A DNA stretch of 64,000 bases from Leucoraja erinacea (Eukaryota). This document shows, piece after piece, positions 46,151-57,365 of the stretch. The stretch covers positions 10,974,001 through 11,038,000 of the forward strand of contig NC_073408.1 of the NCBI RefSeq assembly GCF_028641065.1, read 5' to 3'. Positions within the stretch are counted from its first letter, which is position 1. Each line of letters begins with the position of its first letter. The notes under the pieces were generated by a model that worked only from the letters and a program-made list of their open reading frames with translations, did no database searches and had not been told where the DNA came from. A program made the translations under genes and the position numbers.

Positions 46151-49100
46151 GTTTGTATCTTTAATTTTCCTCTGGTTATTTGGTGTGGTACCTGATCTAA
46201 AGATAGGTTTTTGTACCATTCTCAGAACCACTAGAAAATGGTTCTGAGAATGGTACAAACTCAGCACACATCTTCACCGTATTCCAATACCCAATTGCAA
46301 TTACTGAGCCCATCTTTCCATCTTCATTACTCTGCACCTAGCAAACCCTGATATCAGTTTGATCTCCTTCGGTATAATGCATCAAGCCAGGCACACAACA
46401 GGAAAATATCTCTCAAGGGCAGTTGTAGAAACATAGAAAATAGGTGCAGGAGTGGGCCATTCGGCCCTTCGAGCCAGCACCGCCATTCATAATGATCATG
46501 GCTGATCATCCAACTCAGTATCCTGTACCTGCCTTCTCTCTATACCCCCTGATACCTTTATCCACAAGGGCCATATCTAACTCCCTCTTAAATATAGCCA
46601 ATGAACTGGCCTTCTGTGGCAGAGAATTCCAGAGATTCACCACTCTGTGTGAAAAAATGTTTTTTTCATCTCGGTCCTGAAAGATTTCCCCCTTATCCTT
46701 AAACTGTGACCCCTTGTTCTGGAACTTGTGTTTAATAACTTGGTGCATAAATTGGAAAAAGTACAAGTGGTTATTCTTTAACAGGCAAGTTTATAACAGA
46801 GGGATGCAAAAAGAAGAGTAGTATGAATGAGAGGAGGATTAGGTCATTGTTAAATGATCTGGGGTATATAACAGGTGGGTGTGTCATAAATTGGTTTGAC
46901 ACAGGTGGGATTAAGCAGGCAATATACACCGGGCAGGTACACCAGGCAAGTGTTCAACAGACTGGTCCTAGATAGGCTGTTACTGAATAAATAACACTGC
47001 CTGGTATTAAATGAACACGTAAATACTGTTGGGGGTACAGCAGTTGGATGTACAACTGGTGTTATTAAGTGAGCAGTTATGTAGTAGATGGGTGTTTAGC
47101 AAGTGATCAGCATAATACTGTGTGCCTAACTCTTCCACTGAAGATTAATTGCTCTCAATACACCTTCAGGTAACCTGCATGTGACAGTCCGGTAGCTAAG
47201 ATACAGAATTATAGAACAATTACAGAATTACAGCAAAGCCATGATGTTAACACACAAACAGCCTTGTGAAGCAAAGGGCTTTGTCTCTGCTCTCAGGGCC
47301 AATTCATAACCTAGAACAAACCATGTCCGTGAAGTAAACTATAGGTTTGTTTAGACACAGAATGCTGGTGTAACTCAGCATCTCTGGAGAAAAGGCATAG
47401 GTGACAATTCGGTTAGAGGCCCTTCATCAGGCTGTCATAATCAGACTGTTTAAATCATATAGATTTTTTTTTAATTGTGCTCCTGCTCTATTCCTCCCAT
47501 TTCCTTTCTCTCCGAAGGCTCGTTGGCCCATGAAGAAGATCAGCTACTAAGTGCTTTGACTGAATGCATCAAGGAATTGAAGAACGATGCCAAAGATGGT
47601 GCAGACCTGATCCAAGGTTCAAATGTTGACCAGCGACACCTGTGAGTACCAGATGTGAGGTGGGGTGACTGGCACTGGCTGGGATCCTGTTAAAAGAAAT
47701 GGCAAAAATATTGAATAAGAAAAGTTGGTACATCAAATCTAAATTGGTCGGCCTACAAAAATTGATCAGACTCTGCAAAGTGAATGGATTGAGCCAGCTT
47801 CAGTTATTGAGTGGAAGGGAATGATCTGCAAATGGTTGTTAAATGAATGGGTGTTTGTTGGTGTAGGCCATTAGGCCCCTTGTGCTTTCTCTGTCATTCA
47901 ATACTATTATGATCCATCTCCTGCCTCAACACCATATTCCCATACCCACTATCAGCCGATTGTGTTGAAAAATCAATCCATATCGTTCTTAAATGAATTC
48001 AGTGATCTGCCCTATGCAGTTGTCCATAGTAGTGAATTTCACAAAATCAGTGCAAAAATGTTCCCTCATCTCAGTCTTAATGTTTTATCTTATATCCCAA
48101 AGTTCTCGTCAACTCAGCTAGGATTAAACAAAGCTATCAGGGATTTATGATAAACAAATCATGTATGATAAATGTACTGATGTATTTGGAGGCTACAACT
48201 GGTAGAGTATCCAGCGGATGTGGTGTGTTTGGATTTTTTTATGACCTCTGATAAAGTCCCATGTAAGTGGCAACTACACTGGATTGAGGGCAATGTACTA
48301 GCACAGACTGAAAATTGTCTCACAGGCAGGCAGCAGAGAGTAGGAATTAGAGGTGGTACAGCAAGGAACAGTGTCTGTTTAATTTAGTTTAGAGATACAG
48401 CGCAGAAAAGGCCCTTCGGCCCACCGAGTCCACACCAACCAGCGATCGTCAAACATTAACACTATCCTACACACACTAGGGACAATTTATACCAAGCTAA
48501 TTAACCTACAAACCTGTCGCCTTTGCAGTGTGGGAAGAAACCGAAGATCTCGGAGAAAACCCACGTGGTCACAGGGAGAACGTACAAACTAGATACAGAC
48601 AGTACCAGTAGTCAGGATCGAACCCGGGACTCTGGCGCTGTAAGGCAGCAACTCTTCCACTGCACCACCTTGGACCCCAAGTATTCACAATATATATTTG
48701 TGATTTGGATCAGGGAGCTGGGTGAGTCTGCGTCTGCCAGTAAAATGAAACTGAGTGGGATTGTGAGCTATGAGAAAGGTGGTAAAAGGTTTCAGGCCAA
48801 TTTAGACAAGTTGAGTGAGCAGACATTCTTGGGAGATGTCGTAAAATATAGATAGTGTGAAAAGAGGATAGAAAGTAACTCAGCGGGACAGGCAGCATCT
48901 CTGTGGGAACATGGATAGGTGACATTTCCAGACTTTGTGTCTATGTTTTGAAAATCAGCATCTGTAGTTCCTTGTGTCTACGTAGATGGTGTGAAGTTAT
49001 CCTCTTTGGTACGAAAAATACAAAGGCAGATTATTGCTTAAATGAGAATAGCTTAGGTAGTGTTGATGTACAATGGCATATGTATTCTCTTGCATACCAG

Positions 49101-51015
49101 TTACTCGAAGCAATCATGCCAGTGAGGCAAGCAGTTAAGAAGGCAAATGGTACATCGGCCAGTGCGAAAGGTTTTGAGTATAGGAGAAACAATGCCTCGT
49201 TCCAATTATACAAACCTTTGGTATAATTACAGTAGAATATTGTGTGCAATTTTAGTTTCCTTGCCTATGAAAGGGAAGAACTTGGTACAAAGATTCACCA
49301 GACCATATTCCAGATGGAAGGGTTCTTGCCAGAGGAGAATTTGTGTCATTCATGTTCATTGGAGTTTAGAAGAATAAAAAGACATCTCATTGAAACATAG
49401 ATAATTCTGTCACAGTGTTAGGGAACGAGTTCAGACATTTAGGATGGTAAGGAGGAGAACTTCTTCCTCTAGAGGTTAGTGAACCTATGGAATTCTCTAC
49501 CACAAAAGACAGCGAAAGTTAAGTCACTAAAGTTGCTTTAATAATTTGTTAAAATATTAAGGAGTTAAATATATTTAAGTAGGAGATTAATTTAGTTTAG
49601 AATGTACAATACAAGAAATTGGATATGCTGGTTTATACCAAAGATAGACTCAGCTAACCCGCTGAGTTATTCAAGCACTTGGTGTTTATATTTAGTTTAG
49701 TTTAGAGATACAGCCCTTTGGCCCATCAAGTCGCGTACGATCACCCCTAACACTAGTTCGATCTTACACACTAGGGACATGTTTTACAGAAGCCAATTAA
49801 CCTACAACCTGCACATCTTTGGAATGTGGGATAAAAGCAGAGCACCCGGAGAAAACCCACGTGGTCACAGGGAGACGGTACAAATTCCACTCAAAAAACA
49901 CCCATAGTTAGGATCGAACCTGGCACTGTCAGGCAGCAACACTGCCACTGCACAATTTCTTGACACAAAAAGCTTTAAAGGGTCCAAAGAGATAGCAGGA
50001 ATTTGTCATTGAGATAGGTAATCTGTCATGATTGTAGTCATGGCTTGAAGAGCCAAATGACCTACTCCTGCTATATTTCCCATGTATATATGTATCCATC
50101 ACCAAATTCCCACCACAGGCACTAACTGCGAGGATGTTAGGGTGATTTCACTCTCCGCTATGTTCTGCATCTTCATTAAGTATCCAGTTCATAGTCATAC
50201 AGGGTGGAAACAGGCTCAACCTGCCCACACCGGCCAGAATGTCCCATCTACACTAGTTCCACCTGTCTGCATTTGGCCCCATATCCTTTTAAACTTGTCT
50301 TATCCATGTACCTGTCTAAATGTTTCTTAAATGTTGCGATAGCGCCTGCCTCAACTACTTCCTCTGGAAGCTCGATCCATACACGTATCACCCTCTATGA
50401 GGTTATGACTCGAAATATCCAGTCACTAGGAAACTTCCAAGCAAAGCAAACTTTGAAACTCATCTCCTTTCCTTTTCTTGTTGCTTCCCCAGCATCACAC
50501 CGTACAACCCGAGTCTGGCTCTCCTCAGAGACAACTTTGAAACAAAGATGTCGGAGAGAACAGATGCTATTCAGCAGCAGTTTGCACAGCAGCTGGGCGA
50601 CCTGAGTGATAGGCTGTCAGCGGCCATCGAGAACGTGCGGCTGACGATGAGCCAGAACGTCGAAGCACTTTCGCAAAGGCTGACGCCCAGTGTCGAGAAA
50701 CCCAGCCCTCAACACAACAACACCAACAAACATCAGGGGCAGGTATCGAATCCCAACAACAAGGACCTTCCGAACAACACGGACAACGCTAAGGAGGTGA
50801 GGGATGTGCTGGGTCCATTCTTTCCGCAACTGCAAAAGAAAATCACGGAAGACATGGTCAACCAAGGTGTGTCAGCCCATGAGGGGGGGAACATGGACAA
50901 AGTTGACCAGGTCCTCGAGGAGCTGCTCAGCAAGTTGACTCCTATTCTTAAAGATACTTATAGAAAGGTGAGCCAAATGTCCAGCGAATTGGCCCTGAAA
51001 GCTTGTGTCAAATAA
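46105..51015 (+). CDS. Divergent apolipoprotein A-I/A-IV/E-family protein, 230 aa, secreted (whole coding span)
   Basis: Exons 46105-46150, 47518-47641 and 50493-51015, with the apolipoprotein intron phases 1 and 2. Kozak ccaccATG; signal peptide MMIKTTVISIILTISGSLA. Middle exon is 14/32 identical to the neighbouring ApoA-IV. AATAAA at 51254-51259. Confidence 0.85.
46426..46724 (-). mobile_element. CR1 LINE 3' end (intronic)
   Basis: [24 protein letters not shown] remnant and tail. Confidence 0.85.
47518..47641 (+). CDS. Apolipoprotein-like gene, middle exon (SLAHEEDQLLSALTECIKELKNDAKDGADLIQGSNVDQRHL)
   Basis: Long pyrimidine tract ending in aag; donor CT|GTGAGT; phase 1/2. Confidence 0.85.
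48380..48670 (-). mobile_element. HE1-like SINE inserted in an older CR1 fragment
   Basis: tttagtttagagatacagcg...aggatcgaacccggg...gcagcaactc. Confidence 0.75.
50493..51015 (+). CDS. Apolipoprotein-like gene, last exon (amphipathic helices plus Asn-rich insert)
   Basis: Acceptor ttgcttccccag, phase 2; includes ORF 50548-51015, ending KACVK*. Confidence 0.85.
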
Positions 51016-52098
51016 TTTGAGTGCAGAGGTAAGGATGAGGGAGAGAGAGAGACTTGTGATCCGAAAGGTGGTCCTTTACATCGGTAACTAACCAACTAAC
51101 TGAAAGCAAACCGTACGACTGTTAAATGCTTGAAAACAAAATCTGGAGTCGTACAACGAAGATCTCAGCATCACCATCAAACAGTAGGTAGAATCGATTG
51201 TTCACTTCAGTGGCGGCTACATAAAGGACAACAAAATCAAGGAGATCTCGCAAAATAAAATTCCCCCCGTGTACAAACGTCAATCAGCAGAATATTTAGT
51301 CTCAGCCTTCAGCTATGCCGATCTTCCAACACCAGCATTTAGAGAACTATAAGGAAACTAGAAAAGTGCATTACCAAACGACATCTTTGAACTGTGGAAT
51401 TGTTTTGAAACTCAAAATTGCTTGATGTTGTTAAAAGCCTTTTATCACCTTTCCAATTCATTTATTTGGGGGGAAAGGGTTGATTCTGGAGTCGTTATTT
51501 AAAAATTTCGAGCCTGCTTTGTAGAATGTGGATTGCTGAACTCCCTCTTCTGTATCTCTGCAATCTCCATCAGTCTTGTAACTTACTCTCTGTGATATCC
51601 TTTCTGATATGCAGCTGCAATTCTGATCTCGAGTAACCTTGAGTTTAAAGTATTCTAAAATTACTATCCATGCCATTGAGGTCCTGCAGTAAGTTTCGAA
51701 AATTTCCTTTTCAAAAGGAAGGAAACAAGCAAGGAAATTGACATAGTAATGAGCAAGGAGACAAACTACAACTGTATCAAATTAAAAGTTACATTTAGGA
51801 AAGTGTACAACTTGGAGAGAAGCTTGGGTTTGAAACTAATCGCCCGTAATAAACAGGAGAACCTGAAATGTTGACTCTCCCTTCACAAGTTCTGCAACCT
51901 TTTACATTTTACTTCAACGTTTGCAGTATTTTACTTTTAGACATAAGTTATTAGACAAAAAAACTTTAAAGGGAAAAGTATGGTGTGAATTACAAATGAT
52001 GAGTGTCCAAGCATTTCTTGTCCTTGTCCAACCGTCTGCAGTCAAATCCCCCTCTCATTTGTATATATCTATTACTTGCCAGGCATTGATTAGCCCCT

Positions 52099-52285
52099 GT
52101 TTAAGAGGGAACTGCAGATGCTGGAGAATCGAAGGTTACACAAAAAAGCTGGAGAAACTCAGCGGGTGCAGCAGCATCTATGGAGCGAAGGAAATAGGCA
52201 ACGTTTCGGCCCGAAACGTTGCCTATTTCCTTCGCTCCATAGATGCTGCTGCACCCGCTGAGTTTCTCCAGCTTTTTTGTGTAAC
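52099..52285. mobile_element. Penelope-like insertion forming a perfect 76-bp-arm palindrome
   Basis: Arms at 52134-52209 and 52211-52286. 15-bp TSD CATTGATTAGCCCCT at 52084-52098 and 52286-52300. Confidence 0.85.
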
Positions 52286-52655
52286 CATTGATTAGCCCCT
52301 CCCAGACTTCTTTCCCAACACCTTCCAAAGCACAATGGTGTTATGGGTAATGTTGCAGCCTCAGGGCTCCAACATGCTGGCTTCAGTCTTGAACTTTGTT
52401 GCTGACTGTGTGGACTGTATCCGTTCTCCCAGTGGTCACATAGGTTTTCCTTGGGTGCTCCAATTTCCTCCCATATCCCAAAGCTGTGCAGAGTGGGAGA
52501 TTAATTGGTTGCCATTAATTACACATAGTGGAGGTCAATGAATCAGGTTGAAACTAATGGTCATGTGAGAGATGAGTTTACAGTGGAGGAATGGACAATG
52601 GGATTGATATGGGAAAGACATTGATTCAAAGGGCAACTGGTCTACATCAAGAACA

Positions 52656-53139
52656 ATAGAAACATAGAAAATAGGTGCAGGAGTAGGCCATTTGGCCCTT
52701 TGAACCTGCACCGCCATTCAATATGATCATGGCTGATCATCCAACTCAGTATCCTGTACCTGCCTTCTCTCCATACCCCCTGATCCCTTTAGCCACAAAG
52801 GCTACATCTAACTCCCTCTTAAATATAGCCAATGAACTGGCCTCAAGTACCTTCTGTGGCAGAGAATTCCAGAGATTCACCACTCTCTGTGTGAAAAATG
52901 TTTTTCTCATCTCGGACCTAAAAGATTCCCCCCTTCTCCTTAAACTGTGACCCCTTGGTCTGGACTTCCCCAACATCAGGAACAATCTTCCTGCATCTAG
53001 CCTGTCCAACCCCTTAAGAATTTTGTAAGTTTCTATAAGATCCCCCCCTCAATCTTCTAAATTCTAGCGAGTACAAGCCGAGTCTATCCAGTCTTTCTTC
53101 ATATGTAAGTTGTGACATCCCAGGAATCAGTCTGGTGAA
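52656..53139 (-). mobile_element. CR1 LINE 3' end
   Basis: ORF 52746-53009 is the CR1 RT C-terminus. Confidence 0.9.
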
Positions 53140-55799
53140 GCAATATGACTCTGGTGAGGCAAATGGCAATATGAGGGGAAAATTTTTAATTTTAAAATTC
53201 TAAAGGTTGCAAATGGTATTTTACAGAAATATAAGTACCCACACTTCTAAAATTAGGTCTTTAGGGGGCAGGTGTGGTTCAAAAACAATTTCATCTCCTT
53301 AAAAACAGTGGTGCCTCTTTCAAGAGGACATCGTTTGCAACAGTTTTTATTGTGAACAATGTGCAAAACTGGCTGAATTGTACATTGAGTTAACAATCGT
53401 ACTTGTATTAAATAGTTTGTTGTCTTCTGTAAAAGAGTTTCATTGACAGCATTTTTAATATCTGTATTTAACTGCCTCGTGGAGACTTCTGAAGTAGCTG
53501 TCACTTCACACAGTGTTGATAATGTGAATAAAGTTTGGGTGCAAATTCCAGTCCATCCTAATGTAATCTTTTAAGGAGAGGCTTGCATTTATATAGCGCC
53601 CTACAACACCCCAAAATACTTTACAACAATTTTGAAGTGTTGCAATGCAGAATTTAGACACAACACCCTATGAACAGCACTAATATAAGTGGTTTGATAA
53701 TACTGTTCAATCCACAGTAGATAGTGATTTCATGAAATTACAGAGTACCCCACTACCATTTGAATAAGGTTATGGAATTTTTGGTGATCAGGTGAATGGG
53801 CAGATGAGGCTTTGGTTTAAAATCCATTTAAACAACATTTCTTCAATGTCACTCTGGAGTCTATATATTGATTATGCTTTCAAATCCCTGACGTGTTTCT
53901 CACTCGTGATTCAGGTCAAAGTGTTGCACAATCAATAAGACCAGATGAATGTTGGCATTGGTGAATTTAGGGGAGGGTGCAGGGGCTCTGAGTGGAAAAC
54001 CCACAGAGGGAGCTTGCAACCAGACAAGGGAAATAGACAGGAATGACAACATTAGAGGAAAGTTCATGAAGAACACATTTTTTGACCGGGGATGGTGTAT
54101 ATGGAGAAAGGGGAATAGAATTTTGAAAATCTGTGCAACATACCTTCCTCAAGCAGAGTCTTTAATGGGTGCATGTGGATCCAAGACAGAAGGAAATCAC
54201 TGAAAATCAGGTGGAAAATTGAAGTGAAAACAAGATGCTGGAAATACCCAGCCGGTCAGGCAGTGTGTGCGGGAAGAGAGAAGTAGAGTTATTGTTTCAG
54301 GTCAATGACCATTCATCAGGATGTGAGTGAGATAATTTAAGCTTTGCTGGAAAAAATGTTGTGTACGTGAGGAGATGTATCCCAAGATATCGGGGGATAA
54401 AGAGGAAGGTGGACCTTAAACATACAATATAGAACATACACATAGGAACATGCCATTCAGGTCACGATGTCCTTGCTGAACATGATGCCAAGTTCAACTA
54501 AACTCATCTGCTGCACATAATCCATTTCCACATCCAGTTCAAGAAACTGTATTTCAGAAACATGTATGCCAGAGAATTGGGGAATGACCGATATAAAAAT
54601 TGAAGTAGAATTGATCTGGACAATTAAAGACCATTTTACTGAACTTCTGTCATAAGGGTAATGTTGATGCTTCAAATGTTTAACTTACTAATTATATAGG
54701 TTGAGGAAAGGAAGATATTGTTTAACAAACATGACCAACAGCTCAAAAGAAGTGATGGATAAGAAGGACTGAGGGATGAAATGGCTGTGAGTGAATGACT
54801 TTCTGAAAAAAAACCTGTACAGAAGTCACTGTTTGAGATTAAGGGAAGAGCAGCAAATTGGATTCAAAACTATCGGTTGATGGAAACAAGAAGTTAGAAT
54901 TAATGAAAACTTGAATGGATAAGAATATGAGCAGGAAAAAATGGTGATTAATATAGAATTAGTGTAAATGGATAGCTGAGGGCTGGCAAAGACCTGATGG
55001 GCTGAAGGGCCTGTTCCATGTTGTATGTTTCATGGGAATGTTTCAGCCGGGTGGGAATCAGCAGTGAGTTCCATTACAGGGAATCTTTGTGCACTTGCTG
55101 CAGAGGGTGATATTCACATTTTCATATAACATTTAGAATAAATAATTCATTACACCAAAATATGTTTTTGCTAATATGGCCGGCTGGTGCACAGTTGGTT
55201 GTCAGGCTGCAGGGTGCCATCATGGGGTGGGTGTTGGTAACACTGCTCTTTTCAGTACATACTAGTACCCTCGTCCACATTACAGTCATTCCTTTCCAAC
55301 CCACTGTGTGACCTGTGTGAATTACCCCCATTGTCAGAGCAAGGAATTGCTCCTCCCTTGCAAGGGATGTCTTAGACATACACATAGACATAGAAAATAG
55401 GTGCAAGAGTAGGTCATTCGGCCCTTCGAGCCAGCACCGCCATTCAATATGATCATCCAGAATCAGTATCTTGTTCCTCCTTTCTCCCCATAATCCCTTG
55501 ATTCCGTTAGCCCTAAGAGCTATATCTAACTCTCTCTTGAATACATTCAGTCAGAGGCTCAGCTTTCCATTGCAGCCACACATGTCTTACTACAAGTGGT
55601 CACAGCACCACAGTCTTCTGTGATCTACACTCTGCGCTGCCCGTAAAGGTCTAATCACCCTCTCCTCTGCATTTCTGCAGCAAGGATGCCATCTGTAAGG
55701 TCCTTACTGCAAATTGTTTGCACTAATATAGATTTTTAAAAACTTGTCTTCTCTTCTTCCCAGTTGCCCACCGGTCCCCGCAGAGAGTGGTTAAACACA

Positions 55800-56220
55800 G
55801 CCTAGTTACAGCCTAGTCCATCACAGAGTGGTCTATCACAGTCACATAACGTCCCTCCATCCAGTCAATCTCCCTGTGCTTCGCATCGGGAAGGCTGCAA
55901 GTATCACCAAGGACACTTGTCACCCTGGACATTCCTTTCAAAGGAACTGGATAGTTCAGAAATCCCAGATTAACACCAGCTTCTTTCCCACTGCTGTACG
56001 TCCCCCGAAAAAAAATCTCCTCTTCACACCCCATTCCCTTCTTATATTTGAATTTTATTTTGTGCTATTCAGATTTCACACTACAATCTTTCACCTTTCT
56101 AATGTTTTGCACTTGTGGTATTTAATGCTGTATGAATCTTTACTGTAGGTATACTGTTTGCTTTGTGGGCTTCACGTAAACAAGAACTTTTGTCGCACCC
56201 CATTGTGTATTACAATAAGC
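55800..56220 (+). mobile_element. Decayed Rex1-like 3' fragment
   Basis: KAASITKDTCHPGHS...SFFPTAVR remnant followed by an AT-rich tail. Confidence 0.55.
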
Positions 56221-56455
56221 TAATCAGAATATGAAATAAATCATGGAACATTATTAGCTGAAAGATGATTCAAAGTTTTATTGCAGGTATTTTACAGTTC
56301 ACACTCTGGAATTGTAATCAATGATTTTAATATATTCCTCTGAGCAAAAAATAAATAGATTGAGTCTAGTTATATTTATGCATCTTGTTTTCTGTGCTCC
56401 AAGAGGACCCATTATCCTGACACATAGATCAACTGAGTACCTTTCTACTTCTCAA

Positions 56456-57365
56456 TTAGTTCTGCAGATTCTGCCAGAAGTCGTTCCATACAGTTGTGAG
56501 CTTGGTCTGAAGTTGCTGCTGAACGTTGCCTCCATTCAGGGCAAGTCCCTCTTGCATCTCCCTCACATTCTGACTGATGATCTTGTTCAGCTGCTCAGTG
56601 TAGGGGGCCACATTCTGATGGAACTCCTCGATTCTCTGGTTGATGTTGGTGTTGAGATTTTCGATGTATGGGGCCAGGTTCTGGTCCATGCTTCCCACGG
56701 TCTCGTTAAGTTTTAGCTTCAGTTCGGCGATGTAAGGGTTCAGCTTCTGGTTCAGATCTTCCACGTGTTCGTTGACCTTTGTCTGGAGCATCTCGGCAAA
56801 AGGCACCACCCTCTGGGTCATTTCTGCAATCTGCTGGTTCATCTTCAGCTGGACCTCTTCGGTGTAGGGAGCCAAACTACCGCGCAGCTCCTGGACATTC
56901 TCATCAAACCTGGAGCGAAACTCTTCAGCTTTGGCAACCACATTCTGCTTGAAGTTGTCCATATTTTCATCGATCGTCATCTGGAGCTCTTCAGCGTAGG
57001 GAGTCAGGGTTTCCCTCAGGTTCTCTGCGCTCACTTCCAGTTTGGCCTGAAGCTCTTCAGTGAAGGGAGTCAACCTCTGCCTAAGTTCCTCCGCATTCTT
57101 CTTCAGCTGTTGGCCAAGTTCTTCAGTGTAAGGTGTCAACCTCTGATGAAATTCTTCAATGTTATTGCTAATCGTCTGATGGACTTCATCAGCAAAGGGA
57201 GAAAGTTTGACTTTCAGGTCTTCCAGCTGTTCTCTTATCTGCTGGTGAAGGCTGTCAATGTCTACTGTCATCTTCTCACGAAGATCATCTGTCAAAGGAG
57301 TCAATTTCTGTCGGAGATCCTCAGCATAGTTATTGACACTCTGCAGATTCTCCTCGATAAGATGA
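56456..57365 (-). CDS. APOA4: ApoA-IV last exon (22-residue amphipathic repeats)
   Basis: Acceptor ctctcttttccag, phase 2; within ORF 56456-57454. Confidence 0.92.

Noticed and set aside
50617-50933. Minus-strand ORFs over the apolipoprotein-like last exon
   Set aside because: Antisense shadows of the plus-strand coding exon.
46105-51015. Naming the divergent apolipoprotein APOA5, APOE, APOC3 or type IV antifreeze protein
   Set aside because: Length, loss of the W-x-Y motif, lack of a basic LDL-receptor-binding segment and orientation match none of these convincingly.
10175-52950. Recurrent ORFs [23 protein letters not shown]...
   Set aside because: Antisense translations of CR1 LINE 3' ends, not a gene family.
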